Part shown: piece by piece, positions 54,915 through 64,000 of the stretch
Numbering within the stretch: the first letter of the stretch is position 1
How the letters are laid out: every line of letters begins with the position of its first letter
Notes under the pieces: model-generated
Seen by the model: only the letters and a program-made list of their open reading frames with translations
Database searches by the model: none
What the model was told of the DNA's origin: nothing
Source: a virus
Lineage: Duplodnaviria > Heunggongvirae > Uroviricota > Caudoviricetes
Reading direction: 5' to 3' (one strand)
Virus record (IMG/VR): IMGVR_UViG_3300042544_003430
DNA length: 64,000 nt
Program-made: the position numbers and the translations under genes

Positions 54915-55593
54915 AGAATTGGTGATATCCGCTTATGATAAACCAATCGATTGGTTGTCGTTAATTGATGATAATGTTAAAAAAACAATTTATCGAAAGG
55001 GAAATGCACTCCCATTGTCTAGTGGTGAAATTTTAATTGAACCAAATATTGGCAGATGCGTACATAGTTTTTTCAATCATATTAAAAATAATTATTACAA
55101 TTTATCCGATTATACATTTTTTGCTCAGGATTACCCATTTGATCATTGGGAAGATTTAATCTATGTTGTTAATGGTAATATTGAAACCTTTATAAATCGT
55201 TCAGCATTGAATATTGGTGGGTATTATGGATATCACTTTAATACTATTAAGGTTCCCTCAGAAAGAGGGGGGGTAATGCACACGATGCATCCGTCACAGC
55301 ATCACGGGAAAGGTAATGTAATCTCCTGTTATAGCAACGGGATGCCTCATGACCACAATCCAAATATCAACGTTGATGTGTACTGGGATTTATTATTTGA
55401 TGAACCCAGGCCAAATATGTATGAATTCATACCAGGGGGTCATTTCGGAATATCCAAAGAACATGTTCATTTAAGATCCCTTGATTTTTATATAAAAGTG
55501 ACTTCTTTATTGGAAGAAAACGAAACAGCCCCGTGGTTAATTGAAAGACTTGAATGCTACATATTTAATTCAAAATACAAGACAAAATTATGA
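54904..55593 (+). CDS. hypothetical protein (glycosylation cluster)
   Basis: Start set at the internal ATG (MEDKELV) to limit overlap. Confidence 0.3.
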   Translation: MEDKELVISAYDKPIDWLSLIDDNVKKTIYRKGNALPLSSGEILIEPNIGRCVHSFFNHIKNNYYNLSDYTFFAQDYPFDHWEDLIYVVNGNIETFINRSALNIGGYYGYHFNTIKVPSERGGVMHTMHPSQHHGKGNVISCYSNGMPHDHNPNINVDVYWDLLFDEPRPNMYEFIPGGHFGISKEHVHLRSLDFYIKVTSLLEENETAPWLIERLECYIFNSKYKTKL

Positions 55594-56450
55594 GTAAAGT
55601 ACAAATAATTTCTATTTTTGATAAACATGAAGATTTTATTAAATTACAATATGAGAGTATTGTAAATCACGTTGAAGGAGATTATGAATACATTATTTTT
55701 AATAATGCTTCTGATGAATTGCAAGCAATTCAAAATAAAAAAATGTGTGAAGAATTAGATATCAAATGTATTAGAATTCAAGTTAACTACAACTTAGACC
55801 CATCAAATATTGCTGGGGCTGCTCTTAACGAAGCTTTTAGTTATTTTTCAGAAGAATCAGTTTTTAAAATTGATTCTGATATGTTTTTTATTTCAAATAT
55901 TAACCTGACTGAACTTTTTGAATCTTCAGACCTGATATACATACCAAATTATGTTCTGGGCTTGGAAATCATGTGGAGTGGTGTTTTTGGGATAAATATG
56001 AAAAAAATTGATATCTCATTAAATTTTAAGCCAAGCGTTATACCACAAACAGACACGTTTGACCAGTCATCATTATTGACAAAAAATAACAAATATATTA
56101 AAAAAATATTTAAACTATATTCTATTCAAAATATAACGGATAATGTTGTTATTTCTTCTTTAAATAATGATTGTGGAATCTATATAAAGGACAATGAAAT
56201 AATATTCAACGAAAAGCCAGAATATTATTCAGATAAAGAAACCTTGGTAAATTTAAATGATAAAATTTTGGGGATTTTAAATATTATGAAATTATATGAA
56301 TTTCCAGTACCATACAATGTAGATATGATTGAAATTAACGGGGTTAATTTCATGTTTCATTTTAAATCCTCTAATTGGTGTCCCTGGTATACAGACCAAT
56401 ATGTTACACTAAAAAAAGACTCCTTAATAAAATACTTAAAAAATAATTAA
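55590..56450 (+). CDS. hypothetical protein (glycosylation cluster)
   Basis: ATGA overlap. Very AT-rich. Confidence 0.3.
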   Translation: MSKVQIISIFDKHEDFIKLQYESIVNHVEGDYEYIIFNNASDELQAIQNKKMCEELDIKCIRIQVNYNLDPSNIAGAALNEAFSYFSEESVFKIDSDMFFISNINLTELFESSDLIYIPNYVLGLEIMWSGVFGINMKKIDISLNFKPSVIPQTDTFDQSSLLTKNNKYIKKIFKLYSIQNITDNVVISSLNNDCGIYIKDNEIIFNEKPEYYSDKETLVNLNDKILGILNIMKLYEFPVPYNVDMIEINGVNFMFHFKSSNWCPWYTDQYVTLKKDSLIKYLKNN

Positions 56451-57266
56451 ATGAAGAAAAAAATAGCATTGGTGACAATGGCAAAAGATGAAGACTTGTA
56501 TATTCAAGAGTGGATCGATTATCATTTGAAATTAGGATTTGATAGTATATTCATCTATCAAAACAATTGGAGATTTAATAGTGAAGACTTGGATGAAAGA
56601 GTTCATCTTTTAGAGTGGGATATAGATTCCCCAGGTGATATGGATAACACCCCATGGTTATCAAATAGAATTGCTATGGCTTACACTCATTTTGGAAAAA
56701 CATATCACGATCAATTTGAATGGGCTGCTTTTATTGATGTCGACGGGTTTCTGGTATTGAAGCAAACGAACGATGTCAAAGAGTTTATTGCTAAATTTGA
56801 CAACGTTCCCCAAAGACAAGTTGTAATCAATCTAGCACAATTTGGTGATAATGGTCATACCGAGTTTGATCCGAACAACGCAAGTGTATTGGAAAGATTT
56901 ACTAAAAGATGGGGTAAACCTTATACTCACACCTACTATCATGTTGGACCAATATGCAAATTACACGAAAACTTTGATAAGCATGGGGTTCATATGGTAC
57001 ACGATGAAGAATGGATTGATGTAGATGGTGTAGTAGGCATAGGTACTTCAACTATTTTGAATTGCTCAAGAAAGGTATCATACGATACAGCACAACTAAA
57101 CCACTATTATACAAAGACTCTACCAGAATGGCTTAATAAATGTAATAGAACTCGTCCAGAGGGTGATCAGTATAGGAGTACGATTGAAGGTTTTTTTGAA
57201 CACAACCACAACGATGTAGAAGACTTTCATGCTTTAAACTTTTTTAGAAATCAACAAACTTTGTAG
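56451..57266 (+). CDS. GT92/DUF23-like glycosyltransferase
   Basis: KIALVTMAKDEDLYIQEWIDYHLKLGFDSIFIYQNN resembles the GT92 N-terminal signature. Confidence 0.4.
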   Translation: MKKKIALVTMAKDEDLYIQEWIDYHLKLGFDSIFIYQNNWRFNSEDLDERVHLLEWDIDSPGDMDNTPWLSNRIAMAYTHFGKTYHDQFEWAAFIDVDGFLVLKQTNDVKEFIAKFDNVPQRQVVINLAQFGDNGHTEFDPNNASVLERFTKRWGKPYTHTYYHVGPICKLHENFDKHGVHMVHDEEWIDVDGVVGIGTSTILNCSRKVSYDTAQLNHYYTKTLPEWLNKCNRTRPEGDQYRSTIEGFFEHNHNDVEDFHALNFFRNQQTL

Positions 57267-57269
57267 ATT

Positions 57270-58010
57270 ATGGATATTATAAATACAAATTTGAATGTGC
57301 AAAAGATTAGTGATCCGTATGATATATGGATTATTGATAATTTTTTAAAAGAACATACTTTGAAAGGTATTAAAGATGCATGGCCATCTTATGAAAATGA
57401 TGCTTGGTATGTTGGACACCCTGAAATAGACGGTAAAAAGAATATATTAGAACAGGGTATGCTAGGAATTAGTAAAGTAGGGGAAATGCCTGAATTCATT
57501 AGCAATGTTATGAGTTATATCCACACAAAAGAGTTTACAGAAAGGATATCTAACCTTTTAAATTTACAAAACCTATTTCCAGATGAGCATATGAGATGGT
57601 CAGGTATGAGAACAATGCTTCCAAATTCATTCCAATTGATTCATAGTGATGCTAGAAAATCACCTAATTCAGGAATGCGTAAAGAGGTAACTTGTTTATT
57701 GTATCTGAATGAGAACTATAATAAAGAAAATGATGGCGGTTGTTTAGAAGTCTGGTCCGATGATATGTCAACTTGTATGCATGAAATTGAACCTATCTCA
57801 AATAGGTTTGTTGCTTTTTTAAACAGCGATACTTCCTACCATGGTGTACCAACTGTAAAATCAGAAAGAAAGTTAATTACATTCTCTATTTTAGCAAATG
57901 ATAGTTCTACCGATCGATATAAAGCTCTATTCGTTGCAAGACCTACCGATTCTGTTGAAGTTGGAATCGAAGGTGTTAAAAGGTCACAAATAAAAGATAT
58001 TAAAAAATAA
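57270..58010 (+). CDS. 2OG-Fe(II) oxygenase-like protein
   Basis: IHSDAR...LLYLNENYNKENDGGCLEVW...YHGVP resembles the HxD...H facial triad with a prolyl-hydroxylase-like core. Confidence 0.4.
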   Translation: MDIINTNLNVQKISDPYDIWIIDNFLKEHTLKGIKDAWPSYENDAWYVGHPEIDGKKNILEQGMLGISKVGEMPEFISNVMSYIHTKEFTERISNLLNLQNLFPDEHMRWSGMRTMLPNSFQLIHSDARKSPNSGMRKEVTCLLYLNENYNKENDGGCLEVWSDDMSTCMHEIEPISNRFVAFLNSDTSYHGVPTVKSERKLITFSILANDSSTDRYKALFVARPTDSVEVGIEGVKRSQIKDIKK

Positions 58011-58014
58011 AAAT

Positions 58015-59160
58015 ATGGAAGTAAAAAATTATCCTATATTCAAGGTTCATGTCGATGTAGATGGAGCTTTAGAAAATTTAAAAACGGTATTAACTAGTGG
58101 TTTTTTGAATGAAGGTGAGTGCGTAACACAATTTACCGATTTTTTAAATAATTATCTAAACCATAAAAATGTAGTTTTATTAAATAGCTGTACATCAGCA
58201 CTTACGTTAGCATTAAAATTGGCTGGGGTTTCTCCTAATGATGAAGTTATTACGACGTCGATGACGTGTGTTGCTACTGTCACCCCAATATCTAATTTAG
58301 CAGCAAAAGTAGTTTGGTGTGATATTGATTACAAAACAGGAAACATAGACCCGTTGAAGATAGAGTCATTAATCACCAAAAAAACCAAAGCTATTCTGTG
58401 TGTGAATTGGGCTGGTATTCCGTGTGATTTGGAAATGCTACAAGCAATCTGCAAAAAACATGGCATCAAACTTATACAAGATGCAGCACATTCCTTTGGC
58501 GCAAAGTATAATGGAGAGTCCATATGCCACTATGCAGACTATACTTGTTTTAGTTTTCAAGCTATTAAGCATATAACTACCGGGGATGGAGGAGCTTTGA
58601 TCTGCAAATCTGAACAGGATTTTGAAAGGGCTAAAAAATTAAAATGGTTTGGTATTGATAGAGATGCTACTAAAAATGAAAAGGGTGAGTGGAAAGGTCA
58701 GAGATGGGAAGTAAATATATTGGAAGCTGGATATAAGTTTCATATGAATAACGTATCGGCTGCTATTGGATTGTCCCAAATTCCCCATATTGATAACATA
58801 ATACAATCTCACATCGATAATGCAAATATTTATGATAATTTATTTAAAGACAATCCACACATAAAACCTTTAAAAATTAATAAAAATACACAACCGACAT
58901 ATTGGGTATACACTGTAATACTGGATGAAAGTATTAATCGTAATGATGTTTTAGAAAAAATGAACAAACAAGGCATAGCTGCAGGGTTAGTACATATTCC
59001 ATGTGATGGATATCAGTGTTTTGAAGATAGTAAAACAGACCTACCACATACAAAGTATTTTTACGAGCATCAGCTATCTCTTCCGTGTGGGTGGTGGTTA
59101 AATTCAGAAGATATTAATTTCATAACCAATACACTAATTAAAATTCTACACAATGAATAA
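58015..59160 (+). CDS. DegT/DnrJ/EryC1/StrS-family PLP-dependent sugar aminotransferase
   Basis: QDAAHSFGAKY and SFQAIKHITTGDGGA (catalytic Lys) motifs. Confidence 0.7.
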   Translation: MEVKNYPIFKVHVDVDGALENLKTVLTSGFLNEGECVTQFTDFLNNYLNHKNVVLLNSCTSALTLALKLAGVSPNDEVITTSMTCVATVTPISNLAAKVVWCDIDYKTGNIDPLKIESLITKKTKAILCVNWAGIPCDLEMLQAICKKHGIKLIQDAAHSFGAKYNGESICHYADYTCFSFQAIKHITTGDGGALICKSEQDFERAKKLKWFGIDRDATKNEKGEWKGQRWEVNILEAGYKFHMNNVSAAIGLSQIPHIDNIIQSHIDNANIYDNLFKDNPHIKPLKINKNTQPTYWVYTVILDESINRNDVLEKMNKQGIAAGLVHIPCDGYQCFEDSKTDLPHTKYFYEHQLSLPCGWWLNSEDINFITNTLIKILHNE

Positions 59161-60022
59161 CATTCACAGTACTTCATTCATAGATCCATATATTCAGCTC
59201 GGAAAATTTAATCACGTTGGGAAAAATGTACAAATCAAGTACCTTGACGAAAATAACAAGCCATCCGTTGTAATCGGAGATAATAACATTATCAACGATA
59301 ATACAAGAATCTTAATAGGGGAAAATCCACTGAGTATAGGAGATTGGAATGTTTTTCATAACGACATGCTAGTTATGGTTGGTAAAAAGATTGACATTGG
59401 TCATAATTGTTGGTTCGGTCAAAATACAATTTTAGATGGATCCGGAGGACTTTCTATAGCTAACGGGGTTAGAGTTGGAATGTATTCTCAAATATGGACA
59501 CACGTTGCTAGCGGTGAATTAATAGAGGGATGCTTATTGTTTGGAGACAGTAAGACAAACATCGAAGACGATGTTTGGTTAGTTGGAAGCTGTACAGTTT
59601 CTCCAGGGGTTTGTTTAAGAAAAAAATCAGTTTTTTTAATAGGATCCATAGTAACAAAGGACTCGGAAATCGAAAAGGTATACTCAGGAACACCAGCCAC
59701 TATTAATGATAAAATAAAAGCTTGGAAAGAGATCTATCCTGTTGATAAATTAAAAATGCTACTTGAATGGAGTGAGATTTTTTGTATCGGTAAAAAATAC
59801 GAAATTGACAATCAAATCGAATCGGGATACTTTACCGTCAAATCTACCGAAGATAAAGAGATGTTAATTTTTTTTATCAATGGGGGATTTTCGATACCAA
59901 ACGAATATGTTGTCAGTTTATTTAATGTATTGGACAAGACACTTACCAAAAAAAATAGTCTCTTAGAAAGAACATTTTATAAATCTATTTATAATAATAA
60001 AGCTAGATTTCGTATCATATAA
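59153..60022 (+). CDS. hexapeptide-repeat (left-handed beta-helix) acyltransferase
   Basis: Repeated [LIV]G..... hexapeptides, e.g. IGDNNIINDNTRILIGENPLSIGDWNV and IDIGHNCWFGQNTIL. Confidence 0.5.
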   Translation: MNNIHSTSFIDPYIQLGKFNHVGKNVQIKYLDENNKPSVVIGDNNIINDNTRILIGENPLSIGDWNVFHNDMLVMVGKKIDIGHNCWFGQNTILDGSGGLSIANGVRVGMYSQIWTHVASGELIEGCLLFGDSKTNIEDDVWLVGSCTVSPGVCLRKKSVFLIGSIVTKDSEIEKVYSGTPATINDKIKAWKEIYPVDKLKMLLEWSEIFCIGKKYEIDNQIESGYFTVKSTEDKEMLIFFINGGFSIPNEYVVSLFNVLDKTLTKKNSLLERTFYKSIYNNKARFRII

Positions 60023-60034
60023 AAATAAAAAATC

Positions 60035-60994
60035 ATGAAAAATAAAAAAATACTCCTAATAGGAGGAAGCGGAGCTCTTGGAAAAACTCTAATAGGGCTC
60101 TATCAAAACGTGAATCAAATCAAAGTATTGAGTAGGGACGAACACAAACAAGTCAATTTAATATCTTCAGATTGGGTAAACAAAGAAAACGTTAGTTTTA
60201 TGATCGGAGACGTTAAGGATAAAGATTGTATCCTAAACGCTATAGAAGATTATAGACCAGATATAATCATAAACGCAGCTGCGTTGAAGCACGTTCCTGT
60301 GTGTGAAATAAACCCATACGAATCGGTTAACGTGAATATAATTGGGCATCAAAACTTGTTAGAGGCTGTGAGACGTAGTAAGCATACTATAGAGACTTTG
60401 ATTTATGTATCATCTGATAAAGCGTGTAAACCGGTAAACATCTACGGAATGTGTAAAGCAATCTCTGAAAGATTGTATATTGAATTTGCAAAAAAACAAA
60501 CGGATATAAAAGTTTGCTTAGTTCGATATGGAAACGTTTTGGAATCTACAGGTTCTGTTATTCCATACTTTAAGCAGCTATTAAAAGATGGAGTAACAGA
60601 ACTACCCATCACAGATTTACGTATGACAAGATTTTTATTAACACTGGAATCAGCAGCTAAGCTAATAGAATGGGCATACTACAGTCCCATATCACACGGT
60701 AAGATAGCAATACCTAAAGTACAATCATTTAAGATAATAGATATCGCAAATGCTTTAATATCAGAATATCATCCAAATTCAGACATTAAATTGAAAGTTG
60801 TAGGAATACGAAAAGGTGAAAAATTACACGAGGAAATGATATCTTCCGAAGAGTGGTTGCGTACTGAAGATCACGAAAACTATCTTATTACAGATGAAAT
60901 AATTAGAGAAGAGGGGATTTCTTATAATTCCTATGACAGTGTGATGCACGAAGAGAAAGTTCATGATTTCTTAAAGCTTTGCGGTGTGATCTAA
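60035..60994 (+). CDS. UDP-GlcNAc 4,6-dehydratase (PseB/CapD/FlaA1-like)
   Basis: ILLIGGSGALGKTL Rossmann motif and YVSSDKACKPVNIYGMCK catalytic region. Confidence 0.65.
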   Translation: MKNKKILLIGGSGALGKTLIGLYQNVNQIKVLSRDEHKQVNLISSDWVNKENVSFMIGDVKDKDCILNAIEDYRPDIIINAAALKHVPVCEINPYESVNVNIIGHQNLLEAVRRSKHTIETLIYVSSDKACKPVNIYGMCKAISERLYIEFAKKQTDIKVCLVRYGNVLESTGSVIPYFKQLLKDGVTELPITDLRMTRFLLTLESAAKLIEWAYYSPISHGKIAIPKVQSFKIIDIANALISEYHPNSDIKLKVVGIRKGEKLHEEMISSEEWLRTEDHENYLITDEIIREEGISYNSYDSVMHEEKVHDFLKLCGVI

Positions 60995-61066
60995 TAATAT
61001 AATGGGAGTAACAGAAATATACAACGGACAAAGATCAAGTAATTTACTAAGGAAAAATAGGATCTT

Positions 61067-61978
61067 ATGATAACAACAAATTTAACAGGTAACTTAGGAA
61101 ATCACATGTGGCAATATGCTGTATGTAGAGCCATATCCGAAAAACTTGGATATGAATGGGGGATAAATCCTTCTCCCTCGCATGACTATCACAATGGGAT
61201 GAACCAAATGTATTTTATGGATGTGGATTTTGGGAAATTTCCAGAAGGTGAATTTGTAGACTTTCATGAAAAATGGACAACATATAGACACATAGATGAT
61301 GTCAATATCACTTTTTTAGATCCTAGAGTTTATCAGATTCCAGATGGGACTCGAATGATAGGAGATAATGGAGCATTGGGAGGAATTTATCAATGTGAAG
61401 ATTATTTGATAGAAAGGAAGGAAGAGATATTAAAATGGTTCAGCATCAGGAACGAATACAAGAATAAGTTTGATTTGGAGATGGAAAAAATGGGAATTGT
61501 TCTTGATGAAAATACCTGTGTTATAAATTTCAGAGGTGGAGAATATAGGGGCCTTAGTAATGTAATTCTAAGAAGAGAATATTGGAGGGACTCTATAAAT
61601 CATATGCTTTCTCTAAATCCTCAAATGAAATTCGTAATTGTCACAGACGATCCGGGATGCGCTTCCTCGTTTATGCCATTTGACATTCCGACTGTACACG
61701 GAGAGATTGGATTAGATTTTTATACAGTTAATCAATCAAAATGGGTAATTTTATCCAACTCTACTTTTGGATGGTGGGCAGGATGGTTAAACACCAGGGC
61801 AGAAAAAATCATAGCTCCAAAATATTGGGCAAGACACAATGTTAGTGATGGGTACTGGGCAACTGGGGAATCTTATACCAGAGGATTCACATATCTTGAT
61901 AGAGAAGGATCTCTATCTGACTACGAAACTTGTAAAAAAGAAGCTTTAGATTACTATAAATTAAAAAATATTATATGA
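61067..61978 (+). CDS. GT11-family fucosyltransferase-like protein (second copy)
   Basis: GNLGNHMWQYAV, VINFRGGEYRG and ILSNSTFGWWAGWL. Confidence 0.7.
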   Translation: MITTNLTGNLGNHMWQYAVCRAISEKLGYEWGINPSPSHDYHNGMNQMYFMDVDFGKFPEGEFVDFHEKWTTYRHIDDVNITFLDPRVYQIPDGTRMIGDNGALGGIYQCEDYLIERKEEILKWFSIRNEYKNKFDLEMEKMGIVLDENTCVINFRGGEYRGLSNVILRREYWRDSINHMLSLNPQMKFVIVTDDPGCASSFMPFDIPTVHGEIGLDFYTVNQSKWVILSNSTFGWWAGWLNTRAEKIIAPKYWARHNVSDGYWATGESYTRGFTYLDREGSLSDYETCKKEALDYYKLKNII

Positions 61979-62838
61979 GAATTTTTGACGGATTTTGTTT
62001 CTTTAACGAGCTTGACATACTAGAAATTAGATTAAATACCCTGGATCCCCATGTTGATTATTTTATAATAGTAGAATCCTCCGTAACACACACTGGAAAT
62101 CCTAAACCCTATTATTTTGAAGAAAATAAAGAAAGATTCAAAAAATTTCTACCAAAAATCATACATTTGAAAATAGAAGATACCCCTAATAATTTCACTG
62201 ATCTGGGAGAAGATTTATTAGGTTCTGATTTTGATTCTCTAGAAGTTAATAGGATAAGTGGATTTATAAAAAATCAAAGTTGTTTTAATATAAACCACGA
62301 GATTCATTATGGGAGGGATTTTTACCAAAAAGAATGTGTCAGAAGAGGATTTGAGTTCTGCGAAGACGATGATATTATAATTTTTTCAGATTGCGACGAA
62401 ATTCCAAATCCTGAAATTCTAAAATCTTTAAAGACCTTTTATAACCCAGATTTGTTCTATGATTTTTTACAGACTACTTATTATTATTATTTAAATGTTC
62501 TCAAGGAAAAAAACTGGAGAGGATCTTCTATGGGGTCTTTTAAAAGATTAAAGGAATTTTCTCTTAATCAATTAAGGGCTCAGAAAAATCAAGAAATTGA
62601 AAATGGAGGATGGCATTTTAGTTTTATGGGAGGTCCAGAAAAAGTAAGAACTAAGATAACATCCTATTCCGCTCAGGAAATGCTAAATGCAAATGTATTA
62701 CAATCTATAGAGAACAATATAAATAATAATATAGATCCTTTCTTTCGAAGTACTCTTTCGACAGTGTGGATAGATTCATCATACCCTTCATATATTACCG
62801 AAAATCTACCTAAATTTAATCACATGATAAAAAAATAA
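61975..62838 (+). CDS. GT17-family (GnT-III-like) glycosyltransferase
   Basis: RIFDGFCFFNELDILEIRLNTLDPHVDYFIIVESSVTHTGNPKPYYF matches the GT17 N-terminal signature. Confidence 0.65.
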   Translation: MRIFDGFCFFNELDILEIRLNTLDPHVDYFIIVESSVTHTGNPKPYYFEENKERFKKFLPKIIHLKIEDTPNNFTDLGEDLLGSDFDSLEVNRISGFIKNQSCFNINHEIHYGRDFYQKECVRRGFEFCEDDDIIIFSDCDEIPNPEILKSLKTFYNPDLFYDFLQTTYYYYLNVLKEKNWRGSSMGSFKRLKEFSLNQLRAQKNQEIENGGWHFSFMGGPEKVRTKITSYSAQEMLNANVLQSIENNINNNIDPFFRSTLSTVWIDSSYPSYITENLPKFNHMIKK

Positions 62839-62897
62839 TAATTTCCTGAAATTATTCCTGAAATTTTATCTAAGATAATCTATACAAATTCAAAAAA

Positions 62898-64000
62898 ATG
62901 ATAAACCAAGAAAGTATTAAAAGTCTGGTGGGAAATCACGTTTCCCCCTACATATACAACTCCAAAGAGTTCAAGCCCGGAAAAACCCCCATCTATTATT
63001 CAGGTCCATATTGGGACAATAGAGAAGCAGAAGCAGCTATAGACTCTTTGCTTAATGGAAGATGGATAACAGCAGGGGAAAAAGTCTTTTTGTTTGAAAG
63101 AAAGTTCAGCAAAAGATTTAATGTACAGCATTCTCACATGGTAAATTCAGGCAGTTCTGCAAATCTTGTTATGATAACTGCTTTGAAGACTAGATTTGGC
63201 TGGGAAGACGATGACGAAATTATAGTTTCCCCAGTTGGATTTCCAACAACCATTTCTGTTTTGCACCAGAATAGATTAAAACCTGTATTTGTTGATATCG
63301 AATGGGAAACCTTAAATTTTGATGTCAGCAGAATCGAGGAAAAAATCACTCCAAAAACAAAGGGAATTTTCGTTTCTCCTGTTCTGGGTAATCCTCCAGA
63401 CATGGATGAAATTCTAAGAATTGCAGAGAAACATAATCTTAAAATTATAGGCGACAATTGTGATTCTTTAGGAAGTAAGTGGGATGGAAAATACCTAAAT
63501 GAATACTATGTTGCTTTCTCAAATTCTTTCTACCCGGCACACCATATTTCTACTGGAGAAGGTGGAATGATCTGCACAAATGACGAGGAAATTAAAAAGC
63601 TTCTTGTTAGTATTTCATGGTGGGGCAGAGACTGCTATTGTGTTGGATCTGCTAATCTACTTTCTTGTGGGACTTGTGGAAAGAGATTTGACAACTGGTT
63701 AGAATCTTATGACGGAATTGTGGATCACAAATATGTCTTTTCTAATATGGGATACAATCTAAAGCCTTTAGATCTTCAAGGTGCTATAGGACAAGTTCAA
63801 CTTGAGAAGATAGACGAAATAGAAGAAAACAGGAAAAAATCTAAGAGCCGAATAGAAGAAATTTTCATCTCCAATATTAAGGGGATAAAACCGGTTCAAA
63901 CTCATGCAAAATCAGATGTTTGTTGGTTCGGTACCCCGTTTATTTGCGAAGAAGAAGGACTAAAACACAGACTTGTTGATTACTTAGAAGCCAATAAAAT
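62898..64000 (+). CDS. DegT-family PLP enzyme, DdhC/RfbH-like (CDP-4-keto-6-deoxyglucose 3-dehydrase-like), 3'-partial
   Basis: Not in the ORF track because it has no stop in the window. PIYYSGPYWD...W.TAGEKVFLFE..F...HSHMVNSGSSANL matches the RfbH/DdhC N-terminal region. Runs off the window end. Confidence 0.55.
   Translation, partial: MINQESIKSLVGNHVSPYIYNSKEFKPGKTPIYYSGPYWDNREAEAAIDSLLNGRWITAGEKVFLFERKFSKRFNVQHSHMVNSGSSANLVMITALKTRFGWEDDDEIIVSPVGFPTTISVLHQNRLKPVFVDIEWETLNFDVSRIEEKITPKTKGIFVSPVLGNPPDMDEILRIAEKHNLKIIGDNCDSLGSKWDGKYLNEYYVAFSNSFYPAHHISTGEGGMICTNDEEIKKLLVSISWWGRDCYCVGSANLLSCGTCGKRFDNWLESYDGIVDHKYVFSNMGYNLKPLDLQGAIGQVQLEKIDEIEENRKKSKSRIEEIFISNIKGIKPVQTHAKSDVCWFGTPFICEEEGLKHRLVDYLEANK

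Noticed and set aside
1-64000. CRISPR arrays, integrases or transposases, rRNA genes
   Set aside because: No regularly spaced direct repeats with unique spacers, and no recombinase or transposase or rRNA signatures were seen. The repeats present are in coding regions (PKD repeats, LRR repeats, GDKPG tract) or are the short promoter motifs.
1-64000. Interpretation as a eukaryotic giant virus (NCLDV), suggested by GT7/GT17 enzymes, FNIP/LRR-like repeats, AT-richness and TATA-like motifs
   Set aside because: Bacterial-style intrinsic terminators (hairpin plus T-run, at 9328, 26949, 33108 and 43284), a bS21 homolog, a T9SS C-terminal domain, ATGA/TAATG translational coupling and absence of introns favour a bacteriophage of a Bacteroidota host. 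The eukaryote-like GTs are better explained by horizontal acquisition.

Overview
This window reads as part of a large bacterial virus, probably a jumbo phage of a Bacteroidota or Flavobacteriia host, rather than cellular DNA. It is AT-rich and densely coding, almost all on the + strand, with many ATGA and TAATG start/stop overlaps. There are hairpin-plus-T-run intrinsic terminators and no Shine-Dalgarno sequences, only A-rich leaders. It encodes a ribosomal protein bS21 homolog and a 1697-aa protein with PKD repeats and a Bacteroidota type-IX-secretion C-terminal domain.

Two short motifs recur 4-25 nt upstream of start codons: gACCGTATATT(c/t)(a/t)AT (about 15 copies) and GGATATATA(A/G)G (about 11 copies, both strands).

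Recognisable modules:
- 0-7 kb and 34-36 kb: an eight-member paralogous family. Members share an N-terminal MKH(I/L)xx(F/Y)xxFE(S/D) peptide and a DLxxVGL motif. Three carry BspA-like leucine-rich repeats. The first two family genes are preceded by GC-rich palindromic islands.
- 2.5 kb: a ferritin-like gene.
- 17-25 kb: an NAD/ADP-ribose module with a Prs-like phosphoribosyl-pyrophosphokinase, a PTH2-like protein, a Poa1p-type macro domain, a vWA protein, a short PurA/PurZ-like adenylosuccinate synthetase, a NADAR/YbiA protein, a DNPH1/Rcl-like protein, a HAD protein and NAMPT.
- 27-31 kb: a putative tRNA maintenance island. It holds a DNPH1-like gene, a CCA-adding-type nucleotidyltransferase, a DEDDh 3'-5' exonuclease and a PNK3P-like HAD phosphatase. 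These are followed by a noncanonical tRNA-like gene with anticodon CUA behind a phage promoter motif, a PTH2 gene whose third codon is an in-frame TAG, and an HD-domain protein.
- 32-34 kb: a DNA methyltransferase and a 5,10-methylenetetrahydrofolate reductase (MetF-like).
- 36-44 kb, minus-strand block: a MoxR AAA+ ATPase, a vWA protein and a metallopeptidase with GDKPG repeats.
- 44.8 kb: a ClpC-like double-AAA chaperone.
- 46.9 kb: bS21.
- 48.3-64 kb: a large virus-encoded glycosylation cluster. It contains a eukaryote-type GT7 beta-1,4-galactosyltransferase, two GT11 enzymes, GT17, GT2 (x2), GT31-like and GT92-like transferases, two DegT-family enzymes, a PseB/CapD dehydratase, a hexapeptide acyltransferase and a 2OG oxygenase.
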